From Thermoprotei archaeon (GTDB lineage Archaea; Thermoproteota; Thermoprotei; Thermofilales; B15-G2): a stretch of DNA of 64,000 nucleotides. Shown here piece after piece: positions 54,648-64,000 of the stretch. The notes beneath the pieces are model-generated. The model was not told the DNA's origin and searched no databases. It was given only the letters and a program-made list of their open reading frames with translations. A program made the translations under genes and the position numbers. The stretch lies in contig QMSB01000001.1 of the NCBI GenBank assembly GCA_003650815.1, positions 13,374 to 77,373 of the forward strand, written 5' to 3'. The stretch's first letter is position 1. The number at the start of each line of letters is the position of its first letter.

Positions 54648-55076
54648 GTGAGCTTAATGCAAAAGAATATCTCAGTATCTATAAGACTAAGCTATATACA
54701 CGGAGAAAGACTTGTGGAAGAAACTCCTAGAGAGCTTCAAGTACAGCTTCAAATGGCTCTACCTAGCGGAGAAATAGTGCTTAAAGAGAATAAACTTGAA
54801 ATTCCGTACCTAGTCTCCTTAGCAACTACTCCGCCAGCGGCAAATATCACTGTTAAAGGAGTAGTTTTGATTAGTGGAGATAAATCAGAGTTAAGGAAGC
54901 TGAGAGAGGAGATAAAGAAGAAGAAAGTGCCTCCATTCATAATGAATACTTTAATGCAGTTTGCTTTCTTTGAGATAATGTTACTGGCTCGTGAACTAGG
55001 GCTACCTCCTCCAGTACCTATTCCTCAAATTTCTCCTAAGCAAGTGAAAACAGGAAAACCACCATATATAACCTAA
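54648..55076 (+). CDS. Hypothetical protein
   Basis: 142 aa. The start is GTG at 54648 or ATG at 54657. No motif recognised. Confidence 0.45.
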   Translation: MSLMQKNISVSIRLSYIHGERLVEETPRELQVQLQMALPSGEIVLKENKLEIPYLVSLATTPPAANITVKGVVLISGDKSELRKLREEIKKKKVPPFIMNTLMQFAFFEIMLLARELGLPPPVPIPQISPKQVKTGKPPYIT

Positions 55077-55146
55077 AGCTAAAGCTATAGGTAGTTCGTT
55101 CAATAAAGTTTTTAAGTAAAGAGCTTACTCTTCTATAGGTGTCTTA

Positions 55147-56175
55147 ATGACCTTAGCGCTAGGCAAAGTACCATACTCTCTCCTTGAGAAAAAAGTGTTC
55201 ACTAGGTTAGGTGTAAAAGACGAAGCCGTTATTCTAGGACCTGGAATAGGGCTAGACTCAGCTGTAATAGACTTAGGGCCGAGAGTTCTAGTTATTCACT
55301 GTGATCCTATCACCGAGGCTAAAAAGCGTATAGGATGGCTTTCAGTTCACATATCAGCTAACGACGTAGCTGTATGCGGAGCGAAACCACGGTGGCTTCT
55401 TTCAGTGATTCTACTCCCAGAGGGTTCAGATGAGTCAGTATTAGATGAGATAACAGCTGACATAGATAGGGCGGCGAAGGAAATTGAAGCCAGCATTGTG
55501 GGGGGGCATACTGAAGTAACTCCAAGGCTGGATAGACCAATGGTCATAACTACTGCTGCTGGAATAGTATCTAAGAAAAGACTTGTTACAGCAACAGGAG
55601 CTAAGCCCGGAGACTTAGTTATAGCTACGAAGAGTGTGGGAATAGAAGGTACAGCTATTATTGCAGAAGATTTCGAGGAAGATCTAAGGAGTAGAGCCAT
55701 ACCTGTTAGAATAATTGAGAGAGCAAAGACGTTCATAGAGGATATAAGCATAGTGAAGGAAGCCATCGCAGCCATCCATACAGGCGGAGTTACTGCAGCA
55801 CATGATCCTACTGAGGGAGGCTTTATAGGAGGACTAGTAGAGCTTGCAAAGGCCTCTAATGTTATGATAGAGGTTCATGAAGATAAGATACCGGTTAGGA
55901 GTGAAACTAAGGTGATATGCGAGGCATTAAGTATAGATCCCTTCAAACTAATAAGCTCAGGTTCTCTGATACTTACGGTAAAAGAAAACATGTTTGAATC
56001 AGTAATGAGTGCTATCAGAAGAGAAGGAGTAGATGCTTATATGGTAGGAAGAGTAGTAGAGGGGAGCGGAGTAAAATTTTATAGAAAAAGCGGTAGCGTT
56101 GAAGTATACGAGGAAATGATAATAGATGAAATCACAAAGCTATGGGAGAGAGAAAAACATGATAGCATTTATTAG
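55147..56175 (+). CDS. AIR-synthase-related protein (PurM/HypE/ThiL superfamily)
   Basis: 342 aa. GPGIGLDSAVIDLG...VIHCDPIT and GGHTEV fit the PurM-like fold. The HypE C-terminal Cys motif is absent. Confidence 0.65.
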   Translation: MTLALGKVPYSLLEKKVFTRLGVKDEAVILGPGIGLDSAVIDLGPRVLVIHCDPITEAKKRIGWLSVHISANDVAVCGAKPRWLLSVILLPEGSDESVLDEITADIDRAAKEIEASIVGGHTEVTPRLDRPMVITTAAGIVSKKRLVTATGAKPGDLVIATKSVGIEGTAIIAEDFEEDLRSRAIPVRIIERAKTFIEDISIVKEAIAAIHTGGVTAAHDPTEGGFIGGLVELAKASNVMIEVHEDKIPVRSETKVICEALSIDPFKLISSGSLILTVKENMFESVMSAIRREGVDAYMVGRVVEGSGVKFYRKSGSVEVYEEMIIDEITKLWEREKHDSIY

Positions 56176-56497
56176 TAAGAATAAAAATAATAAGAATGTG
56201 GATAAGCTACAGCTAATCAAATGTCTTTATAACTTAAGCGACCTTGACATTAAAGTATACAAGACGCTTGTAGAGCTAGATGGTGCTACAGTTAAAGAGC
56301 TAGCTGAGAGACTAAACTACAGTAGGTCTTCTATACAGAAATCACTTTACAAACTTATTTCGAAAAAGCTTGTTGAAAGAAAGAAGATTTTAGGTAAAAG
56401 AAACTACAAGTATCTATACTTTCCTATTCCTCTTACAATATCTCCAGAGCTAGAGAAAGCTATTAAGAGGAGTAAAGAAGGTGAGGAGAAGCATTAA
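56159..56497 (+). CDS. Winged-helix transcriptional regulator (TrmB/MarR-like)
   Basis: LSDLDIKVYKTLVELDGATVKELAERLNYSRSSIQKSLYKLISKKLVER. I prefer the ATG at 56159. The ORF track starts at 56126, inside the upstream gene. Confidence 0.65.
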   Translation: MIAFISKNKNNKNVDKLQLIKCLYNLSDLDIKVYKTLVELDGATVKELAERLNYSRSSIQKSLYKLISKKLVERKKILGKRNYKYLYFPIPLTISPELEKAIKRSKEGEEKH

Positions 56498-56532
56498 AGT
56501 AGTTTTATATGTTTAGCTAGAAATCCTTTTCT

Positions 56533-57840
56533 GTGTGGAAAGTAGGATTTAGTGAAGTAGATGTAACTCCACCTCTAGACCTAGAGCTATGGGGTTATGC
56601 TGGAAGAATATCATTTGTGTCTAGAGGTGTACATGATCCGCTTAAGGCACATGCTCTAGCTTTATCTCTAGAAGGAAATATCTTTGTTCTAGTTTCAGTA
56701 GACATTGGTGCAGTGCCCTTTAGAGTTGTTAGAAATGTGCGAGAGAGACTTAGGGACATGTATGGACTACCCGAGGAAAACGTCATGATTGCTGCTACTC
56801 ACACGCACTCAGGACCAGCCGTTACTCCATTGAGAAGAGCTGGAGAAGCAGTTGACGAAAACTATGTATCTGTCTTTGAGAGGAAAATATTTACTGCGGC
56901 TAAAGAAGCTATAGAAAATCTATCTAATGGGACTATCTACTACTCTAAGGGAGTCGCAGAGAATTTGTCTTTCGACCGTAGGAGAAAGAGCGAACCTGCA
57001 GACAAAGAAGTCATAGTACTATCCTTCTTCAAAAATGATAAGGCAATAGGATTTGTAGTAAACTTTCCGTGCCACCCAGTATGTCTAGGGGAAGATAATC
57101 TGCTAGTAAGTGCAGATTACCCTCAGTATCTGTACGCTACTCTCAAGAAGGTTTACGGGGAGAACACAGGAGTACTGTTCTTGACCGGAGCTTGCGGCGA
57201 TATAGACCCTGTTTGGAGAGGTCGAGGCTACAGATATGCTGAAAGAATGGGTAGAGCTATAGCTGGAGAGGTTATTAAGATTGTAGAAACCAGTAGGGAG
57301 GAAGTATCGGAGGAACTTAAGGCGACAAAGGATATAATCGAACTAGATACGGGGCAGCTCCCTGACTTAAGTGAACTTATTAAAGAGAGGGATAGACTTA
57401 TTGATGAAATAAGTAGACTGAGAAGAGAGTTTGCTGTAGTTACTTCAATAAAAGAAGCACTTGAGCTACACTCTAGGGAGGCTTTTCTATCGTGGACACT
57501 AGACGCTATTAAGGCAGTCGAAAAAGGATATAAGTCATCTAAATATCTGCTAGAAATCCATGTAGCGAAAATAGGGGATCTGTACCTCGTAGGCTTATCT
57601 GGAGAGACTTTTGCCGAAATAGGTGTTAAAATAAAGGATGCTTGCGGAGGAAAAGCGGTTGTAGTGAGCTATGCGAACGGAGACATAGGATATCTGCCTA
57701 CAGACGAGGCCATAAGAGAAGGAGGGTATGAGGTAGAAAATGCTTTCAAATACTATAAAGAGTACCCATATCCTCCTAAAGAAAGCTGGGAAAAGAAGAT
57801 ATTAGAAACAGTCTCTGAGCTAGTCTCCCGGCTTAAGTAG
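56533..57840 (+). CDS. Neutral/alkaline ceramidase-like N-terminal-domain hydrolase
   Basis: 435 aa with a GTG start. KVGFSEVDVTPP...GYAGR...HDPLKAHALAL and ATHTHSGP resemble that family. Confidence 0.5.
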   Translation: MWKVGFSEVDVTPPLDLELWGYAGRISFVSRGVHDPLKAHALALSLEGNIFVLVSVDIGAVPFRVVRNVRERLRDMYGLPEENVMIAATHTHSGPAVTPLRRAGEAVDENYVSVFERKIFTAAKEAIENLSNGTIYYSKGVAENLSFDRRRKSEPADKEVIVLSFFKNDKAIGFVVNFPCHPVCLGEDNLLVSADYPQYLYATLKKVYGENTGVLFLTGACGDIDPVWRGRGYRYAERMGRAIAGEVIKIVETSREEVSEELKATKDIIELDTGQLPDLSELIKERDRLIDEISRLRREFAVVTSIKEALELHSREAFLSWTLDAIKAVEKGYKSSKYLLEIHVAKIGDLYLVGLSGETFAEIGVKIKDACGGKAVVVSYANGDIGYLPTDEAIREGGYEVENAFKYYKEYPYPPKESWEKKILETVSELVSRLK

Positions 57841-58569
57841 CTTCTCAGCTAATTTCCTACAAGTCGTTACTTCTACTTTCTCTAGCTTCTCAGCCAGTCT
57901 TAAGAGCCCATCAAGCACTCTTATTCTACTGCCTCTGCCTATCACTTGAGGATGAGCTGTGAGGACAAATAATGTCTCATTTTCAATGCACCACTCGAGC
58001 TCGTATGTCCACGACCTTAAGACAATATCTGGTGGAAACTGTTTTTCTTCGAAGAGAACCCAGTCGTCTAAATGGTAAGATACAGGTATTTCGACAAGCT
58101 TTCTGCTTCCTAGCTCTAGTGTGTAGGCGAAGTCACTATCCATTAAGCTACTATCGTAGATAAAGCCTTTTAATGCTAGTAGTTCTAAAAGCCACTTTTC
58201 CAGCCTCCAGTAAGGTGCTCTAAAACCGATTACAGAGCCAAACTTGCTCAGAATATTCTTGCTCTTAGTTAAGACTTCCTCAGCCTCACTGGCGCTTAGC
58301 TGGCTGAAGTCTTCGTGAAGATATCCGTGTGACGCTACTTCATGTCCTCTCCGAGCTATTTCATATACATCTTTCTCGTGCATCTCAGCTACATAGGCTG
58401 AAATAAAGAAGGTTGCCGGAATCCTCCTTTTGTCTAGAACCTGAAGTATTTTATAAAGACCGGTCTTTACTCCATATAGTCCTCTAGTCACTTGTACATA
58501 GTCTCTCTTTTTTAAGATATAAGGTGCTTCTCCGTCGAGATCGAATGTTAAAAGCATGTAAGCCGGCAT
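57820..58569 (-). CDS. Polysaccharide deacetylase (CE4 family)
   Basis: 249 aa with LTFDLDGE, TFFISAY and EVASHGYLHE. Confidence 0.75.
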   Translation of the reverse strand: MPAYMLLTFDLDGEAPYILKKRDYVQVTRGLYGVKTGLYKILQVLDKRRIPATFFISAYVAEMHEKDVYEIARRGHEVASHGYLHEDFSQLSASEAEEVLTKSKNILSKFGSVIGFRAPYWRLEKWLLELLALKGFIYDSSLMDSDFAYTLELGSRKLVEIPVSYHLDDWVLFEEKQFPPDIVLRSWTYELEWCIENETLFVLTAHPQVIGRGSRIRVLDGLLRLAEKLEKVEVTTCRKLAEKLLKPGD

Positions 58570-58579
58570 TTTCTCAGCC

Positions 58580-58858
58580 TTACTTAGTTAAGTCTAGTTC
58601 TCCCTTAAGGACTCTCTCAGTTTCCTTTGGTGTTAAAGTAGTTCTCGCACTGATTTTGTAGTGCCAGTCGTAGCAGCACCATCTAATAATCTTGACCTTA
58701 GCTCCCTTAAGCGACTCAGGAAGTTTTTCATGAGGAGTTCTCTTGCTAAAACCTATTAGCTCTACAGTAAAAATACATTTCTCCCATTTCTCTCCGTTTC
58801 TTTCTCTATACTCGCCAGTTCTCTCGATCTCTACTACTATACCCTGAAGCTTTCTCAC
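58580..58858 (-). CDS. Hypothetical protein
   Basis: 92 aa with a GTG start. No motif recognised. Confidence 0.4.
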   Translation of the reverse strand: MRKLQGIVVEIERTGEYRERNGEKWEKCIFTVELIGFSKRTPHEKLPESLKGAKVKIIRWCCYDWHYKISARTTLTPKETERVLKGELDLTK

Positions 58859-58935
58859 GTCTACTCTACGGAATGTCGGTAAAAAAGTATTCGCGTAATT
58901 ATTTTATTTGATTAAAGTAGTTAGGGTTAGGTAAA

Positions 58936-59922
58936 ATGAACAGTAGAGCACTAGTAGAGAGCGCTCTTGCAGGGGACCTTCTCAGCGAAGTACCTGTAGC
59001 ACCTCTCATAGGAGGACATTCAGCTAAGCTATATGGAGTCTCTCTCAAGGAAGCTTACAGGAACCCTGATCTCATGGCAAGACTTCAAGTAAAAGCTGCG
59101 AAATACTACGACATAGACATAGTCTTCCACTATATGGACACTACTCTAGAGCCAGAGGCTTTAGGAGTGAAAGCAGGGCTCAGAAATGGTCTTCCCACAG
59201 TACTTGAACACTTAATATATCTCCCCGAGCCCGTATTCGAGGAAAAAGGAAGAATGAGTGTTTTCGTAGAGGCTCTAAGGAAGATCTCTGAGGAACTGTC
59301 AGCAGAGAAGATTATTGGAGGCTATGTGCTAGGTCCCTTTACGCTAATATGTCAGCTGCTCGGTTTATCTAGAGTATTTGTCGAGGTTATGAGGGGAAAG
59401 GGCTCATTTGATGAATCCTACTTAATGAAGTTAGCTAACTACAGTAAGGGGTACGTGGATCTGCTAGTAGACCGAGGCAAAGCTGACTTAATAATGGTAT
59501 TAGAGCCCTGTTTATCTCTAGTTAGACCGAGCATATTTCAGAAGTATGCTCAGAGACCTCTAGCGAATCTGCTTCAATACATTAAGAATAGGGGAGTAAT
59601 ATCAGCTTTACATGTATGCGGGAGATCAGGTAAAGTACTGCCCTACTTTAAGGAACTAGCCTTCGATATTATTCAAATAGACTGCTTTATCAAAATAAGT
59701 GATGCTAAAGGACTACTCCCTGAAAAATGTATCCTAGGTAACTTAGACACTAAACTATTCACAGATGCTGAGCCTCATGAAATTATTGAACAAGCGAAAA
59801 TGTGTATAAAGGAAAGTCAGTGTAGAAAGCATATATTAAGTGCGGGATGTGAAGTTCCTTTATCCTCTAAGCCTGAAAACATTAAAGCTCTCGTTAAAGC
59901 AGCGAGGGAGGTCTATGCCTAG
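58936..59922 (+). CDS. Uroporphyrinogen decarboxylase (URO-D) family protein, MtaA/MtbA-like methyltransferase
   Basis: 328 aa. The size and overall pattern (LEPEALG..., GPFTL, HVCG, SAGCEVP) resemble methylcobamide:CoM-type URO-D family members. It is translationally coupled to a RACo-type activase. Confidence 0.55.
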   Translation: MNSRALVESALAGDLLSEVPVAPLIGGHSAKLYGVSLKEAYRNPDLMARLQVKAAKYYDIDIVFHYMDTTLEPEALGVKAGLRNGLPTVLEHLIYLPEPVFEEKGRMSVFVEALRKISEELSAEKIIGGYVLGPFTLICQLLGLSRVFVEVMRGKGSFDESYLMKLANYSKGYVDLLVDRGKADLIMVLEPCLSLVRPSIFQKYAQRPLANLLQYIKNRGVISALHVCGRSGKVLPYFKELAFDIIQIDCFIKISDAKGLLPEKCILGNLDTKLFTDAEPHEIIEQAKMCIKESQCRKHILSAGCEVPLSSKPENIKALVKAAREVYA

Positions 59923-61660
59923 AATAATCATAAAGAATAAGGGAAGTGGGCTAATTTGTGAAAAGAATTCTCTTCTGCTAGATGTCTTAAGAAGAAATGG
60001 AATTAACATACAAGCTATTTGCGGAGGATTAGGTCTCTGTGGATTATGCAGAGTGAGAGTAATGAGTGGAGCTGTATCAGAGCCGACAGAACACGAAAAG
60101 AGAATTCTAGGAGGACTTTTATCTGAGGGCTGGCGCCTCGCCTGCCAGACAAGAGTTCTTGGAGACCTAGAGATAATTGTTCCCGAAGCCAGAAAATATA
60201 TTCTTGAGGAGTACAGAGTTGGGAGAAAAGTAAAGGTCAGTCCTTTGCTAAAGGTTCTTGAAATAACGTACTGTAGGCAAAAAGCGTCGCATACCGAAAG
60301 TGTGATGTCGTGTATATCTCCTTACATAGACTTCAAATTTTCTCATACAGCACTATCTAAAATACCAGAGCAGCTTTACCTACATGGTAAAGCGTGTCTT
60401 CTCTACGACGTAGAGTCCAGAGAAGTACTAGACTTAGAGGAAAACGACAGAACATATGGTGTAGCAGTAGACTTAGGGACAACTACTGTTGTAGCGGCAC
60501 TAGTAGATCTGAAGTCGGGAAGCGTCCTAGGAGTGAGGTCGACTTATAATAAGCAGATACCTTACGGCAATAATATTATTTCCAGAATATCGTATGCTAT
60601 TAAAGGTAGAGAATATTTAGCTGAAATCTCGAGAGCCGCTATAGACACTGTAGAAGAGCTTATAGATAATCTTGCTCCTGTGGACAGGGAAAATATCTAT
60701 GAGCTAATAGTAGCGGGAAACACTGTAATGACTGCTCTTTTCCTAGGAATTTCTCCTCACACGCTAGGTTTCTACCCGTTCTCACCGCCTTTCACCGGAA
60801 TGCTAGAGTTTAAAGCTAGAGAACTGGGATTAAAATTGCACAAAGAAGCGTTAGTGAAAACGCTCCCAGTGATAGGAAGCTACATTGGAGGAGATATTGT
60901 AGGAGATATAGTCACATCGGGAATACTTGAAGACACTACAGCGTTGCTAGTAGACATAGGGACTAATGGAGAAATAGTCTTAAAGAAAGGAGACAGTATT
61001 TACGCTACCTCAGTTCCGGCAGGACCGGCCTTTGAGGGAGCAGGGCTTTCCTCAGGAATGCTCGCAACAGAAGGAGCCATACATAGAGTTTTCCGCAGTA
61101 GAGACGGGATTGAATACATTACGATAGGAAATGTAGAGCCTAAGGGAATATGTGGGTCAGGTTACATAGACTTGCTAGCAGAGCTTCTCAGAGCGGGCGT
61201 TATCACGAAAAGCGGGCGACTACAGAGCAAAGACCCCTGTGTCCGCAGAAGAAGGGGAGTCTTAGAGTACGTTGTGTGCGATAATGTGGTTTTAACACAA
61301 AAAGATGTTAGAAAGCTACAGCTAGCTGTAGCTACTTTTAAAGTAGGTCTCCATATACTACTATCTAAGACAAAAACTTCGCCAGAAGACCTAGAAAAAA
61401 TCTACGTAGCAGGAAGCTTCGGCTATCATGTGAACCCATATAATGCTATCGAAATAGGACTATTACCTAAAGTAGATCCCTCGATAGTAGAGTTCATTGG
61501 AAACGGGTCTCTGGGAGGAGCAGTCATGTACCTTATTTCAGATGAAATAAGAAGAGAATGTAGAGATGTATACAAGAAAGTAGAGGTCTTAGAAGCTCCG
61601 CTTGAGAAGAGCTTCCATAAACTGTTTATCGAGAGTCTAGCTTTTGAGCCAGTAACCTGA
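59915..61660 (+). CDS. Corrinoid reductive activase-like protein (2Fe-2S ferredoxin plus ASKHA/DUF4445; RACo/RamA-like)
   Basis: N-terminal plant-type 2Fe-2S motif CGGLGLCGLCRVRV...C. ASKHA phosphate-1 motif YGVAVDLGTTTVVAALVDLKSG. Later DIGTNGEI and GICGSG. I use the ATG at 59915 (MPRIIIKNKG), which overlaps the upstream stop by 8 nt. Confidence 0.75.
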   Translation: MPRIIIKNKGSGLICEKNSLLLDVLRRNGINIQAICGGLGLCGLCRVRVMSGAVSEPTEHEKRILGGLLSEGWRLACQTRVLGDLEIIVPEARKYILEEYRVGRKVKVSPLLKVLEITYCRQKASHTESVMSCISPYIDFKFSHTALSKIPEQLYLHGKACLLYDVESREVLDLEENDRTYGVAVDLGTTTVVAALVDLKSGSVLGVRSTYNKQIPYGNNIISRISYAIKGREYLAEISRAAIDTVEELIDNLAPVDRENIYELIVAGNTVMTALFLGISPHTLGFYPFSPPFTGMLEFKARELGLKLHKEALVKTLPVIGSYIGGDIVGDIVTSGILEDTTALLVDIGTNGEIVLKKGDSIYATSVPAGPAFEGAGLSSGMLATEGAIHRVFRSRDGIEYITIGNVEPKGICGSGYIDLLAELLRAGVITKSGRLQSKDPCVRRRRGVLEYVVCDNVVLTQKDVRKLQLAVATFKVGLHILLSKTKTSPEDLEKIYVAGSFGYHVNPYNAIEIGLLPKVDPSIVEFIGNGSLGGAVMYLISDEIRRECRDVYKKVEVLEAPLEKSFHKLFIESLAFEPVT

Positions 61661-61705
61661 AGAGCGCTGGTCAGACTTATATGAGTTTAAACGAATATCT
61701 TTAGT

Positions 61706-63700
61706 GTGAACAAAAAACCATTGCTGCTGCTTACAGTAATATTTCTTTCACTTCTAGCAGAGACTATTGCTTCAGTACTCGATGGGCCTAGACTCAGAGT
61801 AGTCGTGGGAGTACTAAAGGAGCTTAAGATTAAACCTAAAGTTTTCTTCAAGCCAGGAGACATAGTCTACGTGTACTGGAGCTACAGACCCTACATAGTT
61901 AAAAGGGGGCTAATTTACGAGTATGACTTCGCAGCAGAAATCGTTATCTACGATCCCCTAGGCTACGAGTTGTATAGATACTCGTCAAGAAACTCTAGTA
62001 AAACAAAATATTCGTCGATAGTTCTCAAAGAATACCTTGTCTTTACTATTAGAGAGTACTATCTTAACGGCATTTACCGAGTACGAGTCTTAGTGCAAGA
62101 TTTTAAAGAGAATGCAAGTCGCGTCGAAGAAGCCTTCTTCATAGTAGCTAACGCGACTCCAAAAATACTCAAAGTAAACATAGTCCAGGAGGCAAAAGTA
62201 AAAAATATGCTCTCAGAAACAAGTACACTGACTTACCTCTACCTAGCTGTTATTCCGGATACAATATACCAGAAGGTTATCGAAGAGCCTGTGTTCAACA
62301 TAAAGCCAGCAGAAATACTAGAAGACGGCTTCGGCAACAAGTATGCTGTATACAAGTACGTGAAAATACCTCCACACGGCTACCTCCACATAATAGCTGA
62401 GTATCCGGTAGTGCTCTACGCGAAAAGAGTAGACTTGAACAAAAGTATCGGTAGTCTGTCTGCTGTCCCCAGCAGTGTGGAAAAATATCTCTATCCAAGC
62501 GAGAAGATAGAGTCAGATAATTTACTCATAAAGTCTAAAGCGCTTCAATTATCTTCAAACAAGTCTTCTCTACTTGAATTACTGACTTCAATAGGAGACT
62601 TTGTATCAACGCACATAAAATACAAGCCTATGGAAAAAGAGACTAGTGCTTTAAAAGCCCTACTATCCGGCGAAGGAGACTGCACAGAGTATTCACTACT
62701 CTTTACTGCTCTATGTAGAGCCTCTGGTATACCAGCTCGATCAGTATCTGGTTGTGCTCGGATAGCTCCTCACAGAGGAGAAGTGATAATATACGAAAGG
62801 CATGCTTGGGTAGAAGCCTACATACCGGGAGAAGGCTGGGTTCCCATAGAGCCGCAGCAACCGAAATATATAGGCTTAACATACTACTACGCCAACGGCT
62901 ATTATCTAACTATTTCTAGGTGCCCTGGAGAAGAAACATGGATTAGAGGAGTAAAAGTTAGAGTAGGTTTCCTCATAGCATACTACAAGAAAGGAGCATT
63001 TTCTCTTGAACACTACATTAGAGTAATATTTACTAAAAAAGATAAAATAAGAATAGAGGTCTCTGAAATAAGGCAGCTCGACGGAGAGATCTGGGTGAAA
63101 GGAAGTCTCTCGGAGCCTGTAAAAGGTGAAATTTACGTCCTCACGCTAACTTCAAGTGGACGCAGCCTACTCACTAGCATGAGCGTAGAGAATGGAGTAT
63201 TTGAAGGAAAAGTGCCTATAAGTGAGAGAGGTCGAGTAAAGCTCTACATCTTTTTCGACGAGCTTGAGGACTACGAGGCATCAGTATACTCAACAAGCAT
63301 CTTTATTGAAAAGAAGAAGTCTTCAATAAAAGCAGAATATCCAACAAATGTCTACGAAGGAGATAAAGTAGTGATCAAAGGATATCTATCACCTCCTCTA
63401 CCTAATCAGATAATCTTGGTCAAGATCGCTGGACCTGGAGAGATCATAGTAGACTACAGTACTTGTACAAAGGAAAATGGTGAATTTATACTAGAGCTGA
63501 GTTTCCCGAGAGCTGGGACGTGGACTGTACAACTTTCGTGGCTAGGAACTTCAGACTACTCTCCAGCCGAACTAAAGTTAACTATCCAGGTAAGAGAGGC
63601 TTATCAAAAATACATGATCTTGATTATACTAACTGCCGTCATAGCAGTAATTATAGTTCTTTTACTAGCAATTATTGTGAAAACGAGACATAGATACTAA
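61706..63700 (+). CDS. Secreted/anchored transglutaminase-like protein
   Basis: 664 aa with a GTG start. It has an N-terminal signal/anchor, a transglutaminase core (GEGDCTEYSLLFTALCRASGIPAR...HAWVEAYIPGEGWVPIEP) and a C-terminal TM (MILIILTAVIAVIIVLLLAIIV). Confidence 0.8.
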   Translation: MNKKPLLLLTVIFLSLLAETIASVLDGPRLRVVVGVLKELKIKPKVFFKPGDIVYVYWSYRPYIVKRGLIYEYDFAAEIVIYDPLGYELYRYSSRNSSKTKYSSIVLKEYLVFTIREYYLNGIYRVRVLVQDFKENASRVEEAFFIVANATPKILKVNIVQEAKVKNMLSETSTLTYLYLAVIPDTIYQKVIEEPVFNIKPAEILEDGFGNKYAVYKYVKIPPHGYLHIIAEYPVVLYAKRVDLNKSIGSLSAVPSSVEKYLYPSEKIESDNLLIKSKALQLSSNKSSLLELLTSIGDFVSTHIKYKPMEKETSALKALLSGEGDCTEYSLLFTALCRASGIPARSVSGCARIAPHRGEVIIYERHAWVEAYIPGEGWVPIEPQQPKYIGLTYYYANGYYLTISRCPGEETWIRGVKVRVGFLIAYYKKGAFSLEHYIRVIFTKKDKIRIEVSEIRQLDGEIWVKGSLSEPVKGEIYVLTLTSSGRSLLTSMSVENGVFEGKVPISERGRVKLYIFFDELEDYEASVYSTSIFIEKKKSSIKAEYPTNVYEGDKVVIKGYLSPPLPNQIILVKIAGPGEIIVDYSTCTKENGEFILELSFPRAGTWTVQLSWLGTSDYSPAELKLTIQVREAYQKYMILIILTAVIAVIIVLLLAIIVKTRHRY

Positions 63701-63724
63701 TATTCAAGAGGCGCAGATAATAGC

Positions 63725-64000
63725 GTGTCTCGACGGCTCATAGATGTAAATGTATGTACTCGAGACCTGAGAGCTACTAAGAGACTTCTAGTATATGGGA
63801 AGTGTGTAGAAGAAGAATATCCCTCAATATTCTCCAAGTACTCGGAGGGCAGAGTAGCACTCTCAGTATGTCTAGAAGCAGAACACATGAATACGGTAGG
63901 ATTTAAGCTCGCGTCTATAGTCGCCAGAATAGATCTTGAAGAAATAGTTATCCTTACAGTAGACGGCTCACCACACTGCATACAGCTACATTTCATGGCA
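63725..64000 (+). CDS. Hypothetical protein, N-terminal fragment (runs off the window end)
   Basis: Not in the ORF track. It runs from a GTG (GAGG about 14 nt upstream) to the window end with no stops: MSRRLIDVNVCTRDLRATKRLLVYGKCVEEEYPSIFSKYSEGRVALSVCLEAEHMNTVGFKLASIVARIDLEEIVILTVDGSPHCIQLHFMA. Its composition matches local genes, unlike the antisense ORF at 63697-63996. Confidence 0.5.
   Translation, partial: MSRRLIDVNVCTRDLRATKRLLVYGKCVEEEYPSIFSKYSEGRVALSVCLEAEHMNTVGFKLASIVARIDLEEIVILTVDGSPHCIQLHFMA

Noticed and set aside
63697-63996. Minus-strand ORF of 99 aa at the window end
   Set aside because: It has Ser/Thr/Arg-rich shadow composition. The opposite strand carries an uninterrupted ORF from the GTG at 63725 to the window end, with typical local composition and a GAGG upstream.
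1-64000. CRISPR arrays, tRNA/rRNA genes, IS elements, integrases and prophage-like blocks
   Set aside because: Reading both strands, I found no regularly spaced direct repeats, no tRNA T-arm/anticodon-arm-like structures in the intergenic gaps, no rRNA-like stretches and no transposase or integrase motifs. The three paralogous modules lack flanking inverted or direct repeats, so they are not obviously mobile.

Overview
This is a 64-kb, densely coding chromosomal window from a hyperthermophilic archaeon. Supporting markers are reverse gyrase, Taw3, a beta-CASP aCPSF-type nuclease, a C/D-box sRNA, indolepyruvate:ferredoxin oxidoreductase, and TATA-like boxes about 25 nt upstream of many start codons. 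A peptide-fermenting Thermoprotei/Desulfurococcales-like organism is my inference only. Recognisable housekeeping genes include an hdrA-mvhD-mvhG-mvhA cluster (mvhA truncated at the window start), cysS, rgy, a P-type cation ATPase, guaBA, purB, iorAB, taw3 and sfsA. There are also assorted hydrolases and oxidoreductases, plus a URO-D/MtaA-like methyltransferase paired with a RACo-type corrinoid activase. I recognised no rRNA, tRNA, CRISPR array, transposase or integrase. The main finding is a locus type present three times (12.8-21.3 kb, 32.6-40.3 kb, 41.2-44.7 kb). A secreted ectodomain is fused through extra TM helices to an FtsX/MacB-type permease and a conserved cytoplasmic tail. In two copies that ectodomain is an M28/PA peptidase fold whose catalytic residues appear lost, and the fusion sits beside pairs of roughly 610-660-aa polytopic OPT-like membrane proteins. 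No ABC ATPase is encoded anywhere in the window. The third copy has a different head, and its tail is split off by a single in-frame TAG and carries an extra Rossmann/CARF-like domain. Other items: three extremely Trp/Tyr/Pro-rich small ORFs in a DUF5320-like / zinc-ribbon / Mrp / DUF134 neighbourhood; a PRC-barrel gene whose C-terminal zinc ribbon lies in the +1 frame; one well-formed and one weaker C/D-box sRNA; and a 49-aa AbrB/SpoVT ORF absent from the ORF track. All homology calls were made by eye from motifs and need profile or structure searches.
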